Assembly (NCBI GenBank): GCA_905178155.1
Contig: CAJINV010000019.1
Location: forward strand, 914,913-978,912
Origin: Amoebophrya sp. A120
Lineage: Eukaryota > Protista > Dinoflagellata
Direction of reading: 5' to 3'
DNA: 64,000 nt
Positions 34,509-47,325 of the stretch are shown here, piece after piece. Within the stretch, counting starts at the first letter, position 1; each line of letters starts with the position of its first letter. Both the position numbers and the translations under genes were made by a program. The notes beneath the pieces were generated by a model that had not been told where the DNA came from, did no database searches, and was given only the letters and a program-made list of their open reading frames with translations.

Positions 34509-37500
34509 CTACAGCCCCATGTGCTGGAAAATCGCGTCGTCTGGAGCGTAGAGCCCAGACTCCAAAAGCTCGTCCCGCAGAGTTTCCAGGCGTTTCCGCT
34601 CCTGCGAAAGGACCTCGGGCGGCTGCTGGTCTGTCTGCGGCTGCGAAGCAAGCTGTGCGGGTTGTGAAGACGCCCCCGCGGCTGGCGCTCTCGATGGCTG
34701 AACGGGAGCAGCCGGAGCTAGTTGCACCTTCATCGCTTGCGCTATTCCACTGATGCACCCAAGTGGGCCGGTGGAGGGCTGTTGTTGGTCTTGCTGCGGC
34801 TGGAATAAAGGAGCACCAGCTGATATTGACCCCTGCTGCTGCTGCTGCTGGGTACTATTGTTTGTGAAGTTGCTCGGCCCCAGACCACCACCAGCTCCTG
34901 CTCCGCCGGGCGCGACGTGTGGCGACAATCCGGGCGGGAAGGAAATCATCCGCGTGTTACTGGTTTGGCTCGTAGCCGCACTGCTGCTGGTTTGGGGCAC
35001 CTGCAGTGTATGACGGTGCACGACCCCCCCTCGTTCTCATTTCTCATGCAAAATACCTAATGTACGCATTGCCTCCTGTCACTATTATGCATGACAAGTT
35101 CTGGAAGCCGAAACAGCACTACACTCCTGTCCAAATTTGTCATGCAAAACCTGTATTCTTGCTGACCCTTGTATTGCTGCTCATGCAATACAAATGAGGG
35201 GGAGGGGGGTTATGCACTCTCATACAGCGTACTGTTGTTGTACATGATCATGGACGGCTCCTGCTGTATCAGTTCCACCGGAATCGGCGGCTGCATCTTC
35301 GGCGCTTCCTCAGAACTGTAGTTGTCATGCAGAGACTTCAGCTCGTCCTGGATCTTGCGCAGCGCGTTCCCGATGTTTTCGTCCAGATTCATGCTCTGCT
35401 GCTGTGCCGCGGCGTTGCTGAAATTCAAATTCATCTGCGCCCCCGTCGCGGTACTATTGCCGGCGTCAAACATATGCTGCACTCCGCTCGGGTTGTTTAT
35501 CCGGATGGTAGAATTATTCCCGCCGATCGTGCCGCCCATCGCAGACGCGTTCTGGGAGAGTAGTCGATTCGCGTTGCCGTTCAAGGAGGTTTGACCGAGG
35601 GTGGCGCGAAGTTCAGCTGGAAGTACGAGTTTTTTCGAAGTGATCTACTTCGGCTCGTATGGTAATCATGGTGATGGTCATGCTCATAGCAAAGGACGAT
35701 AGAAAGGCAAACATTAACATTCTTCTCCATCGGATCTACTACAGCTGCAGACCACTTTAGAGCGTCGAGAAGACGCTCCTTCACCTTCTACCCATATCAA
35801 CTACAGATGAAGATTTCAATTTCTATACTTCCCTTCTGCAGCACTTCCCTTTCCAGCTCCCGTTTCTCTTCCTCCAAACTGGTCACTTGGGAGCACAGCT
35901 TCGTCACCGACTGTTTGAAATGGTCCCTACTTGCACGAAGCTGCTCGACCAGCTTCTGGAGCTCCTTGCACTCGTATTGCTTGATCTTCAGGTCCGCCCG
36001 CACTTGCTCGATGGGGTTGGAGTAGTCATCCGCAAACTGCTGCTTCCGAAATTGCACGAACTCGGCTTCGATCTGCGTGTACCGCTCCTGCCACTGCTTG
36101 CACTCCTGGTCTAGAGAATGACACTTCTGCTCAATTCGACGCGTCTTGTCCCGCTCGAGGAGGAGCTCATCGGACATTTCCTGTGGATGTGGTCACGGCA
36201 GCATGATTTGCGTCGATAAATTTTTTCCGTCATGAACAGCAAACCATCAAGACCAAGTTTCGCCGAACACGTACTTGGAGGAGGACACGAAGAAATGCAA
36301 ATGTATACGCACGTAGACGTACTACTTCTACTTATACGTCGTGGGAAAAGTTTTACTTTAATCGTACAGATTGTATTTCATTTTACCTGTTTCAGTAGCC
36401 TGACTTTCGCTTCGGTTTCCGTTTCCAGAATCGCCTTCATGCGACTTGCTTCCTCTGCCCTCCGCCCCGCTTCCACATCTTTCAGCTCTACCTCGTTTTC
36501 TCGCGCCTGCAGCATCTGCAGTTTTTTTTTCAGCGTTTGCTCCAGCTGCAGAATCTCGTTTTTCTTGTTGTTAAACTCGATGCTCCGCCGCTGCTCCTTG
36601 TCTTCGAACTCTTGTTGCAAGCGCAGCCGGTTTATCCGCTCGTCCTCCTGCAGCTTCACCTTAAACTGCGCCTCTTCCGCCCGTTTCCAGAGTTCCAGCT
36701 CGTACGCGGCGGAATACTGCGGCAAGGAGCGCAGTTTCGCCGATTGCTCGGCAGTGGAAGATTTTCCATTCGCAACCCCAGAAGAAGCGGAAAAGTCCGC
36801 CATTTCCATGTCGGTTGGCGTCTCCATCGCGTCGAAAAATTCGCCGTTAGAAGTCCCGCTCACCACCTCCCCGAGATCTTCGAGAAACACGACCACCCGC
36901 AACGTCCCCTGGGTGCTCCCGTCCATGGAAGTATGCTCTGCAAAAGTATCGCACTCGTAGTAATTACAGATATGCATGACAAATCTTAATCTTCTTCCTA
37001 AGGCAAAACACCTTTACAAATCCCACTTTTCTTCTTGCCAAAACTTCTTGTAATGTAATTTATACTAGTAAGTACGTTACTTTTGCAATGCATAGGAAGA
37101 GACGATGGGCAACGTTTGATCGAGCGTTCGCACTTTTGGCATGACGTTCTGCCCGTTCTGGTTGAAGGTCTCCGTCGCTTGCTTCGTCACTTCCGGCAGG
37201 TTCAGAATCTGCTCCACGTCCATGGTGCACTGGCCCAACTGCTGGTCGGACGTGTGCGTGTCGCGCTGCCACACCTCACACCGCAGGGTCTTGTGCAACG
37301 GGTTCAGCAGTTGCTCCTTCAGCTTCGCGACCGAAGTGTCCGTGAAGTGGTACGCGGCGAAGCCGTGCGGGAGGTACCTGCGGGGAAACGATCACGAAAC
37401 GGGTTTAGTTCCTCGTTGCTCCAAAAATTTTGCATGTTGACTGCCACCAGGGCCAAAATGCTATTGGTATTGCCGTCGTTCTTGTTGCATGAGGAAATAA

Positions 37501-40500
37501 ATTTGTCATGCACCTACTACGGATGAACGCATATCGAAATCGAAGACAACACATCCATCAACATTCCTATACGTGACAGAGTTTTTCCTGCAGATTGTCG
37601 GGGGGTTGGTCCGAAACGGCTTCACCTGCTGCACGAAGGGGTAAAAATACTTGACAAACACCTTGGCTTGAAAGTGCGTCAGCTTCAGCGCCCGCAACTC
37701 GATGGACAGCCGCCACTGGCGGGGTCTTTTCTCCCAGGTCTGGAAGACCTGGTCAACGAAGTTGACCGCCTTGCCCCCGTTGTTCATGTCGATTCCCGCG
37801 TTCGGCCCGAGTGCGCTGGAGGTTTGACTGATCACGGACCCCGGCGAGCTGGCGTTAGGCAGAAAGCTCGGCACGTGCTTTTGGTCCGGGTCTGTCCACG
37901 ACGCCCGCCCGCAGTTATCCTACGTAAAAACGTCCCACCCGCATAAGTTGTAATGCAAATGTCTGGATGCTGAAAATGTTTCTTATGCGGATCCCCATGA
38001 GAAGCACTTCCTCGTCGTGTTTCGGAATTTGTCATGCTTTAATCAGCACAATCAGCTACATCTGTGATGCTGATAGACTAACCTAACCAGGATTATGCTA
38101 CGTGTCCAAACTTGTGATGCGCAACAGCCAAAGCTTGCTGATTTGTCTAGCAGGTTTCCCATCTTGAGGACTATGGGGTGAGGACGTTTTTACTCAGGAT
38201 AGAAATTCGGATTGTATTTCTGCTGCTCTGAGGCGGAGGAATCGTCGTTGGGATCATTGTATCCTGTGCAAAAGTATCGCACTCGTATTGCAATCATGTG
38301 AACCAGTATTCCTAAGACCCCCCATATTATATTTGTATGTCGGGACACGAAGGGGCCTGCCCCTTCTTGTCCTAGAAGAAACCTTGCCTCTAAATCGCTT
38401 TCTCATACAAATTTTTCGTGTTTTATGGTCCGCAGTTTTCCCGGCGGACCCTTGCGAAACTGGTTCTACCGTCCCGTACGGGGCCCCCAGGACTTCCCGG
38501 GCCCCCCGTGCGGGAAGGGACCTACAATGCCCCTGCGCCGTCGTTTTTTATGGTTCCGCGCTAGCCCCGCGGCGTTCCGCTTAGCCGCGGCCCCGCTACG
38601 CCGCACTACGACTACGCACAGTCCGCAGTCGCTCGGTCATCACATCTGTATTCCCGCGGACTGCTAGCAAAAATACAGACGCCATTGAGAGCAAATGTCC
38701 ATGTGAGCAGTGGCCAAATAGCACTGCCGCTCCCTCGGTCATTGTGTGAGTGTTTTCCCTCGCCCTGCATGCAGGGTTGCACTTCCTCAGACGCGGCCTC
38801 TCGGTCGTTGTTGTATGCGTGCCGCGTATTATTTGCCCTTGCCCTCGAACGCGCGCGCGCGCGCGCTAGCTCCAGTCAACCTTTGTGCGAAGCAAGACGT
38901 CCCGCAGCCAGGTCCCCTGTGCTGCGCGCGCGCGCACTCCTGCTTGTGGTAACCGCAAAGCCGCAGCGCGCCGTTTCTGCACGAGTTTTTCTCATGCCAC
39001 AATGAACATTCAATCACACCAGCCACACCACTCTCGCTCCACATACAAAAAAGCTGTATGCTTCGCGCAGCACAGACAAATACTGGGCGTTGTCAGACAA
39101 AACTTTTCTGTTTATAGGTTTTTTTGTCTGTTTTCTGGGCTTTTTTCTGTTCTAGGTACCCTTCGCGTCCCGGGTACCCTTCGTGTGCTGCTTCACATGC
39201 ATTACAAATCCTCTTGTTAAGGTAAATCCGCACTACAAATCTTATTTCTCATGCTGAGGAAATTTGTAATGCATTTATACGAGTGCGACTCTTTTGCAGT
39301 TCATACATTGTCGAGCCCCATCGGCGTCGGGATTTTGTGGCTGCGGCTCGGATTATTTCTGTTCAACGCGGATGTTGACGACGTTGCTCACCCTATCCAG
39401 GAAAAATTTCGCGTAAGTGTAACTTGGTAGGAGAAGCAGCAAAGCATCACAAATTCGTTTTGCATTTTTACAGGGGAAACCTGTCATGCGCAGCTATTAC
39501 GTGGAAACGCGTATGAGAGTAGCCTATCACGCACATCCAGCATGACAAGTGTAACAGTTATTTTGCATTTCCTGCATCACAGACTTCGTTACACTCACAT
39601 TAGTTTTTCTCCTGCATACCCCCGCCAACATTATTATTGTTCGCCTGGAAACTGTTCGCCACTCGCGCGCTGTCGCCGGCAGAGTCAGTGCCCGAGGAGG
39701 AGTTGTACAACGCATTGTTGTAGGTTTCATTTTCGTCGGTCGAATTGTCCTTTGCGGAGTGGTACTGCGAATTTGCGCCGCTGTTGCTGGGCTCCTGAAA
39801 GGAAACCGAGTGCTGTTGGCGGCTCATTTTGGGCGACCATCGGGGGGAAACTTCCTCCATCATTTCTACGGCGGGGGTTGTTCCGGGAATCATTGGTCCA
39901 GAGGTACTCCCTTCTGTGCTATTGTAATCGTTGATTTCCTGCGCGATTGGGCCCAACGGGCGCTCCACAGACATTCGCTGTTCGAACGGTAGTCGGTTGC
40001 CGTTATTTCTATGGATTGTAAAAATGTCTGGGTCTGGAAGATTGCCAGATTTGTCATGCAGGTTTTCCATAACCCATGAGGTCTGGTATGTAGGGCATAG
40101 CATGACAGATTCTGCGAGACCTTTCCAATGCCTATCCTGCATGAGAAACTGCCTCTCCATTAGTCAAACATGCACAACTTTTGGCAATCATGCAACACAG
40201 TTTTTTGCCTGATTCAGATTTAGCATGACAAGTTCGAACCTTCCAGACCCAGACATTTTTACATTTGATAATTTCCTCTGGAAGACGTCGACGAACTACT
40301 TGGGAAGGAACGCTTCTCCAAATTAGCCTCAAACGTGAGAACGTTGCTGTTATCATCGTCCACAGATGATCCTCCCGGCGTGTTGGCGGGCAGTGCGAGC
40401 GCGGGAACGGTCAGCGTGATCGGGATCTGCATGGTTTTGTCGAGTAAATCTGAAACTCCGTCATCAATCTGCATCGCGTCCTCGACGTGCTTTATCAGCG

Positions 40501-42720
40501 GTCTCACGTCGATGGGGTAGGAGCAGGTGCGAGACCCGATCTCGAACTGTCGCTGCGAAGCCACGGAGGGCGAAACATCGTCGGGAGACACGAAGTAGCT
40601 GGTGTTGGGAGAGCAACAAGTAGTTTTCCGTGCTTTTCTTGTAGTGTAGTGCTATGTATCCTCTACGCATGCCAACATAATTTTGAAAAATGTTATTCTT
40701 CGTCCAGTTCAAATCATGTGTCAAAAGTGGTAAAGAGAAGACTGCACGTTAGCTGCAGCACTACTGATTTATCAGCAAAAAAAACTGTAAGCAATATCCG
40801 ATGTAGTTGACTTTCAGTACCCTTCCCCGGTCCGCTTGACCCTCCCCGCACTGCCGCTGTCCCCGCCGGCATTTTCGCAAATCGACTCCTCTTCCTCTTC
40901 TTCGCGGACCGGTGGTAATCTCCCTTCTTCCACGAAATTTCGATTTACCAGCACCACGCACTGCTCCTCCACCTCCTTCAACGACTCCAGCGCCTCCTCC
41001 CAGCTGGCCACCAAAACCAGTGTGAAGATGGCTTGCCTTATCAAAGTGAAAAAAGCCCCCACCCCATATCGGAAACGGAAGATGCGCGAATTTGTGATGC
41101 TGTATTTGAGTACACAAATGGACTTGTATTGCTAGAAGGCCAAGACCAAGAGACGAAGCTGCGGCCTAAATTGTAGGTAATCTGTCATGCTGTTTCCCAC
41201 TTCCAGCTGCCTCCTGTCATCCTCGAGCTGCAAGGCTTTCCCACGCTAGACAGCACTACAGTCCGCATCTTTTGCCTTCTAGCATCATAAAGCTGATTTG
41301 TGACCACAAATCTGCATCACAGATTTATTCCGTTTTGATATGGGGAGGGGGCATTTTTCATTGTAATATGCCTCGCGTTTTGGACAATCCCGCGGACACG
41401 CAACGCGAGCAATTGGTCCTCGGTTTGGAGGTTGGTCGTGTTGTCCTGCTGCAGTTGGTCTCCTGCTCCTCCAGCTGCTCCGGGGGACGGAGTGGTCGCT
41501 GCTCGCATATCAAATGCAAAAATGTTTGGGTCTGGAAGAGTCATGCCGTTTTTGCATGACGCAGAAGGTCTCGCATGGAAGCGCTAGCATCACAGGTTTC
41601 GAGACGCTTCCGCAATGCCGAATCCGCATGACAGATCCCCCATTTTGGTGACAGAAAGTGGGCAGCTGTTGCCCACTATGCATGAGAGATATTTCTGCGT
41701 TCTGAAATGCGCATCACAAATTTGTATTCTTCCAGACCCAGACATATTTGCAATCGATATCGCACGGACGGGAGCAACAGCTGTCGCACGTTCTCGGGCG
41801 TGTTCACGATGCGGAGCTTCAGCAGAAAAACCGCAGGCGGGGGGCGGACCTGATTTTCTATAAGGATCATTTTTGGGTATTCGTTCTTCTCGTTCTTTCA
41901 TCCGGAATAGAAAATCGAAACGCAAATTTCAACTTACGTACGTATGTATGCTAACACGACAGCGCATCCTATCTTTTTTTTTTTCGTTTCCCGGAGTGGC
42001 AGGGGGACGAATGTGTTTGTGTTGGTGTAGTTACGGTTGCCTGCTCGTGCTATTGGTGTTTTTGCTATAACAAGGCTAAGCTTTTCTGCAACAAGATTGA
42101 TATACACAACCTGCATGTTGACAACCAACAAAAACCTCGTCCTGTGCTGTCAAGAAATATACCCTCTCCCCGTTCCTGTGCAGCATGGGCAGATTTAGCA
42201 GCCCTTCGCTTGTGAGCATCGCATTCCCCACCCCGCTCATCGAGGGGAGCAGTTGCATCTGCAAATGCACCACCAGCCCGCTGTTATCGTCTAGGCAGAC
42301 CGCATTTTCGTAGAAACCGTTTTTCGAGATCTGCGCGTCCTGCGAGGGATCCAGCAGTTCGCGCATTGACAGCGTCAGCAGTGTCGTCGTCGATTCTAGC
42401 GTGTCCGGCGACATCCCGGTAGCGGACGTTTGGTTGACGGGGGGCAAAATCTGCTTGAGAAACAGCTCCTGCACGGACCACAGGTGGTCGCAGACCTCGG
42501 GAAGCGTGCCCGGGATGCACATCAGGTAGCTGGTATTGGTGGAGGTTGATGGTTGTGTCGTGCTCGAACTGCTGGAGCTGCTGGTTGTAGTACTTGTGGA
42601 GGAACTTTGCTTGTCCAGCTGCAACAGAAATTTCCGGACCTGCCAATTCAGGGTTAGCACTGAAAGGTCGGAAACCACCTCCAGGCCCTCCAGCCGAAGC
42701 CGGAGAAGCACGGAAGACAT
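34509..42720 (-). CDS. CEP120: CEP120-like centriolar protein (C2 domain plus coiled coil), ~1423 aa, 8 introners and 5 GT-AG introns
   Basis: C2-type segment WRLSIELR...KYFYPF...FRTNPP...LPHGFAAY...EVWQRD...LG, then VFLEDLG, YSAAYELELWK and C-terminal RDELLESGLYAPDD, resembling CEP120 from memory. Canonical introns at 41850-42135, 40599-40820, 37378-37572, 36181-36386 and 35617-35828. Spliced length 4272 nt. Confidence 0.78.
35009..35224. mobile_element. Introner family F5, DR CAGTG/CAGCG
   Basis: Opposite orientation to 14168-14389; junction STL|QVP in frame. Confidence 0.9.
36932..37094. mobile_element. Introner family F2, DR GGAAG
   Basis: TIR tgcaaaagta.cg.act; junction VSS|MDG in frame. 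Confidence 0.9.
37916..38201. mobile_element. Introner family F6, degenerate DR GCAGT/GAAAT
   Basis: TIR tatcct..gtaaaaacgtcc; removal restores frame. Confidence 0.88.
38260..39305. mobile_element. Introner family F2 (~145 bp) expanded by a nested insertion, DR CATTG
   Basis: F2 TIRs at both ends; DR at 38255-38259 and 39306-39310; the two halves match the 963-1115 element. Confidence 0.88.
38299..39195. mobile_element. 897-bp nested GC-rich element, TG...CA ends, 4-bp TSD CATG (solo LTR or TIR element)
   Basis: Interrupts caatCATGcattacaa of the host introner; ends are tgaaccagta and tgctgcttca. Confidence 0.75.
39394..39618. mobile_element. Introner family F4, DR CACCC/CCCCC
   Basis: Reverse-complement homolog of 13330-13538. 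Confidence 0.9.
40010..40270. mobile_element. Introner family F1, DR ATTTC
   Basis: Reverse-complement homolog of 58663-58928; junction RGN|NGN in frame. Confidence 0.92.
41039..41368. mobile_element. Introner family F7 (TIR GAAAAATGCCCCC.CCCCATATC), DR TGCCT
   Basis: Opposite orientation to 48928-49248; junction ARQ|AIF in frame. Confidence 0.9.
41508..41759. mobile_element. Introner family F1, DR TCGCA
   Basis: F1 TIRs; junction SVR|AAT in frame. Confidence 0.9.
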
Positions 42721-43880
42721 TTTGACTTTTTCTGCTTTTTACTCTGCGCTAGTATTCGGGCGTATTGCACTGGATATATTAGGCACCATCGTCAGGAGGG
42801 GTTTCAAATTTCGGAGCCACGAAACATTTTCTAGTAACGGCGGTATCTTCTAAACCTTAATAAAACTGTTATGGAGCACTGCAGATAGTGACCACAGCAC
42901 TGGGACGAAGGAGAAGTAGCAGCCAAATAGATGCCAAACCAAGTAGCGAGGAAGTAGTAGGAGATGAAGCTCCTAGAGATCTGCTCGGGAGAAACGCAAC
43001 TTTGTCCTGCCACTTTTTGTATCCACCACTTTGAAGCGCAAAAGCAGGAGTCCTTCTCTCAAACTCACGCCTCGGGTAACGGATTTTTTCGCAAAAAAAC
43101 GAAAGGAAAACCTTACTTGGTAAAATAAAAGACGACAGCAGGGCACGAGAGGTCGGTTTGAAAACAAGTTGCAAAAAAACACGTCCCAAGACGACCTGGC
43201 CTTCATCTTCAAAAAGCATTCCTTTTCACTCGGAAAACAGGTCACGCTAGCAGTTCTGACACGCTGATTGCGACAGTCAACGCACTAGTGCATACGGGAA
43301 ACATCACGAGCAGAACAGCAGGCGGTAAAGTCCCTACCGATTCAGTTCACCAGAAACGACAGACAATTTTTTGTTCCTTTCATCTTTATGTGAGGTTTTT
43401 GCTTGTGAGGATGCTGCACTAGCGGTTTCGAATCAACGTTCTATTCTTGCACAGGGAGAATGTCAATATTTTTCTCGTGCGGAGGGTTTGTCCTCAAGAA
43501 ATCAATGCAATGAATTCGACCGTTTGGAAATCGTACAGAAGTTTGCCGAATCCAGTCAAAGAACAGTTTTATCTATGCGCCTTTCGTAAACATGCAGCCT
43601 TTTTGTACACATAATCTGTTATTTAGCTCGAATGTCTATCATACATGCCTGCTTGTGATCCGCAGTGCTAATTTAAATCAATTTCAATGCCAGGAGCTGC
43701 TACAACAGTAAATGCTCTCATACATTAAGTTAACGCTTCCGTTTCATCCAAAAATTACCAAAACAACTTTCTTTGCTATTGCTTTCAAGCTAAAATACTA
43801 CATAGATGTACAGCTTCATCGCGTTTTCTTCCTATGTATAGAGCACTATAGTAAAACACATACTCTTACGTAGTTTTCGG

Positions 43881-46800
43881 CTACAAAGATATGATTTTCA
43901 CCTCCGTCGCAACATCATTCCCACCTCGACTACGTGCTCCTGCAGATTCCGTGTGGTTCTTGCTTCTTGGCAAGCGGAGATGTTGTCCCTGACTTGTAGC
44001 AGGTCCAGAATGTTGTTGAGGAGCCGGAGTAGACCGGGTAGTAGTAGAGGAAGATCCCATGGAAACTGCACCAGTGGAGGATGTTGATCCATGCAGCGCA
44101 AGGGTTGCAGGACCTCCCGCCGCTGAGGTATAAACAGCTCGGGTTGATGCACCTCCACGCACGACGTCAGAGTCAGCTTCGTTGGCATAGAAGCCACTAT
44201 GCTCCTCCATACTAGGTGCTTCAACCCGTAAAACTTCTTCATCGTCTGAAGACGGACTGCTCAGCGTACGTCGACGACCACATGTCAGCAACTGTCGAGC
44301 TCCGCCTGCAGAACGAAGAACTTCAACGTCTCTGTAAAATATGTGTCGAGGAGCCGAGCAAGCGCGGACGGGCGCGGGTCCAGACCCTTCGTGGAGCAGC
44401 GACGCACTGATTTCCGATCCGGTAGGGGAAAAGACCGCTGGCCCGCGGCCGATGATATCGTCCTCACGATCCCCCCTTTCGTTGATCTCGTCCTCGCTGG
44501 AAGATGAACAGGAGAACAAGAACTCGGCGCGCCTTTCACCCCCACGACCATGGTCCAGCGGAAAAACTTCTCCCTCGCTGTCGCTACTTGTGCAACTTCT
44601 CAAATCCCTTACGAATTTCTCAAGCGGAAACTCTTTCGGCAGCTTTTCCGCCAGTTGCAAGGCGAGCGGGACATTTCGGAGGCGTTTGCTTCTCGCGAGC
44701 ATCTTCCTTGCAGCTCTTTTTCGGTTCTCCGCCGAGGATGGAGGTAGTGGTGGTGGTCTCCGTGAAGTGCAAGAGGGGGTAGCACGAGGTGGACCAGGAT
44801 TCCATTTATCTTGCAGGAGGTGCTCCTGTTGCTGTTCTTCTTCCTCGTCACTGCATGTTGAAGACTGCTCGTCACTACCATCTTCATCCGCTGCCGCGAG
44901 CCACATGCTCAGTTTCGTGAGCAAATCCGTACTGAACGTGATTTTCTCCCACACGTCGTGCAGCATGGCTTGCGGGTCTCGACGAGCAGTTGTACTCCAT
45001 TGACACGTCGGATCATGATTTCGTCGCACAGGGGAGGACGACGCAGTCATGAATCCTGCTGGGAGCTGCTCGGCAACCTGCTGCTCAGGTGCTGCTGCTG
45101 CAGGAGCAAGCAGTGGATCTTCCTTTGTAGTAATTCCCGATGGATTTATTATTTTTCCCTGTTCACTACGCTTCAACGGTGGTCCCACCGAGGGAGGAGG
45201 CGGCGGCTGCTGCAATACCACCAAGTTCTCCACCATATGTTGCAGAAACCGTGGCTGAGCTGACGTCAACGACGACGTTAAAAGTTCGAAGCACAGTTTG
45301 TACCGGTCGAAAAAAACCTCCACCGCGTCTTTGGTGGCGTTTTCTTGCATCTCCTGGTGGACCGCCTCATCATCGTCGTCGTCGCGTTGTTCGCGGCGGT
45401 CGTTTTGATTTTCATGTTGTGGCTCAACATCTTTGGAATCGCCATCACTCGTGGTCACCACTGTAACAACAATGTCGAGGATTTTTCGGTCGAGAAGAAA
45501 CTGCATCCGGTAGTCCACGCTCGTTTGAAGCAGGTTTAGGGATTTCTCAACTTCCGGATTAGCCGCTTCTCCAAACATAGCGCGCTTTAGCTTAAGTGCG
45601 GTGGAAAACTTGTCCTGCGAGGAATTTCGCAGAGTGAGACCATCATGATTCTGTATCAGTGCTGTTGTCTCCTCCGATGAAAAAGTTGGTAGGTGAAAGT
45701 CGAGACGCGCCGATGTACTTGCTCCAGAGACGGCGACTTCAAACCTAGGGTTTTTCCTGCCCGTCCTCCTCCTCGACTTTCGCCCAGCACCACCAGAACA
45801 ACTCGAATTCTGCCCCATCTTTCGGGAGAAGAACGCGTCAAAAGCTTTGCGCGCCAAAGTCTTCTTCTCGGGCTTCTCCTGGTCCTGCATTTCGTGAGTT
45901 GGAATTTCAGCATCGGATTGTTCTGCGACAAAATCATCACCAACCGCTAAAACCTCGCTCCACAAGTGCTCTTTGGCGATCGCAAACAGGTCCCCGACTC
46001 TCTTCGCGGTTCGGACGCTTGTCACTTGCGGATAGCGAAAAGCCAGGCCGTACTTGTCTAGCGATTTACTTTTCTGGAAAGGACGGTGGCCTCTGATGTG
46101 AAGGTCGTCGCTACCACTACATCGCGCGCTATCCTCCTCGGAGAATTGAAAGCCCGCGGCCTTCCAGATCTCCGCTCTTTGCACTTCCGGACTGCGGAGC
46201 CGTTCCTCAGCTACCATGATGTCCTCTACTGCCGCCCACCCGGCCCGTTTCCCTCCGAATGCCAACGCGCGGCCCAAGTGGTCTGATGTCTCGGAGATTT
46301 TCTGTTTTGATAAAGATGCACTCTTGCCGTCGCTCTCCTTTTCATCAGCGCCGGGACTTTCTTCTTCTACCAGCACGCTGTGCCACAGGAGGCTTTGGGC
46401 TGCGGCCCGATCTTTTGCGTGCTCATGTTGTGGTCCACGACCTCTGGCGCTCCCGGACTTCTTCGTCTTATTTATAGCTTGGGCCACCAAAACAGCCCGC
46501 TTCTTTGTCGTCGGGTCAATGGGCGGACGGTGGGTTTTCGGGGGCAGCTTTGTCCGCGCGGCCTTGCGCTGTCTGAGAACCAGGTCTCCCAGATTTACTT
46601 TCTTGCCAGAAGAGGTGGACGTCGAGGATGAACCTGCACTACTCCTACTTGATGAGGGTCGGTCGACGAATCGCAGTCTTCGCAAAGGGTCGACAGGAGA
46701 ATTATCTACTTCGCTGGGGCACTCGGAAGTCCCGCCAGAAGAACGGCCTTCAGGACTGCTCGAGCTGCTATGTATCGTCCTCTTGCAGCTCCGCCGTGCG

Positions 46801-47325
46801 ACCGTGCAGAAGACCGTCGACGTCAAGCTTTCGCGTTGGCGTTGTCTTCGGGGAGTAACTATGTGACCCGTCGACTACCTCTCTCCCCGGCGACATCATT
46901 GCTGCGACGAAATCGTCGCGGGTGATAGTGTCGGCGGCGTACGTTCCATGATGATGCGGGCCGACCTTGTTGCTAGCTGCTGGACCACCACGACTCGTTG
47001 CGAGATGTTGTTGGTGCAGTTGTGGCCCAGTAGCAGAAGTGCTGTCATGATCTGGCGTCCTGGCCCCGAAGGCAAATAAACCGTAACCGCTATGGTGGTC
47101 GGGAGTGGAATTTTTTCTATGGAGAGAACAACAACAAAAATCGTTGTCCATGATCTGCGACAGGAATAAGGTCAGCGCTGCGGCTGCCCATCGCAGACGA
47201 CTCGTCTTCTGCGCAGCCTTGGTTGCGGCTCGGCAGGACAACTGCATCATCTTCATCTCGATGAAATCTACTTGACTGCTTGGAGCAAGAGCAACAGCAA
47301 CAGAACTAGTACCGGGAGTAGACAT
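43881..47325 (-). CDS. Large low-complexity hypothetical protein, apparently frameshifted near 46770-46880
   Basis: A 981-codon open frame with no ATG at its 5' end overlaps a 194-codon upstream ORF in another frame; no domain recognised. Confidence 0.5.
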
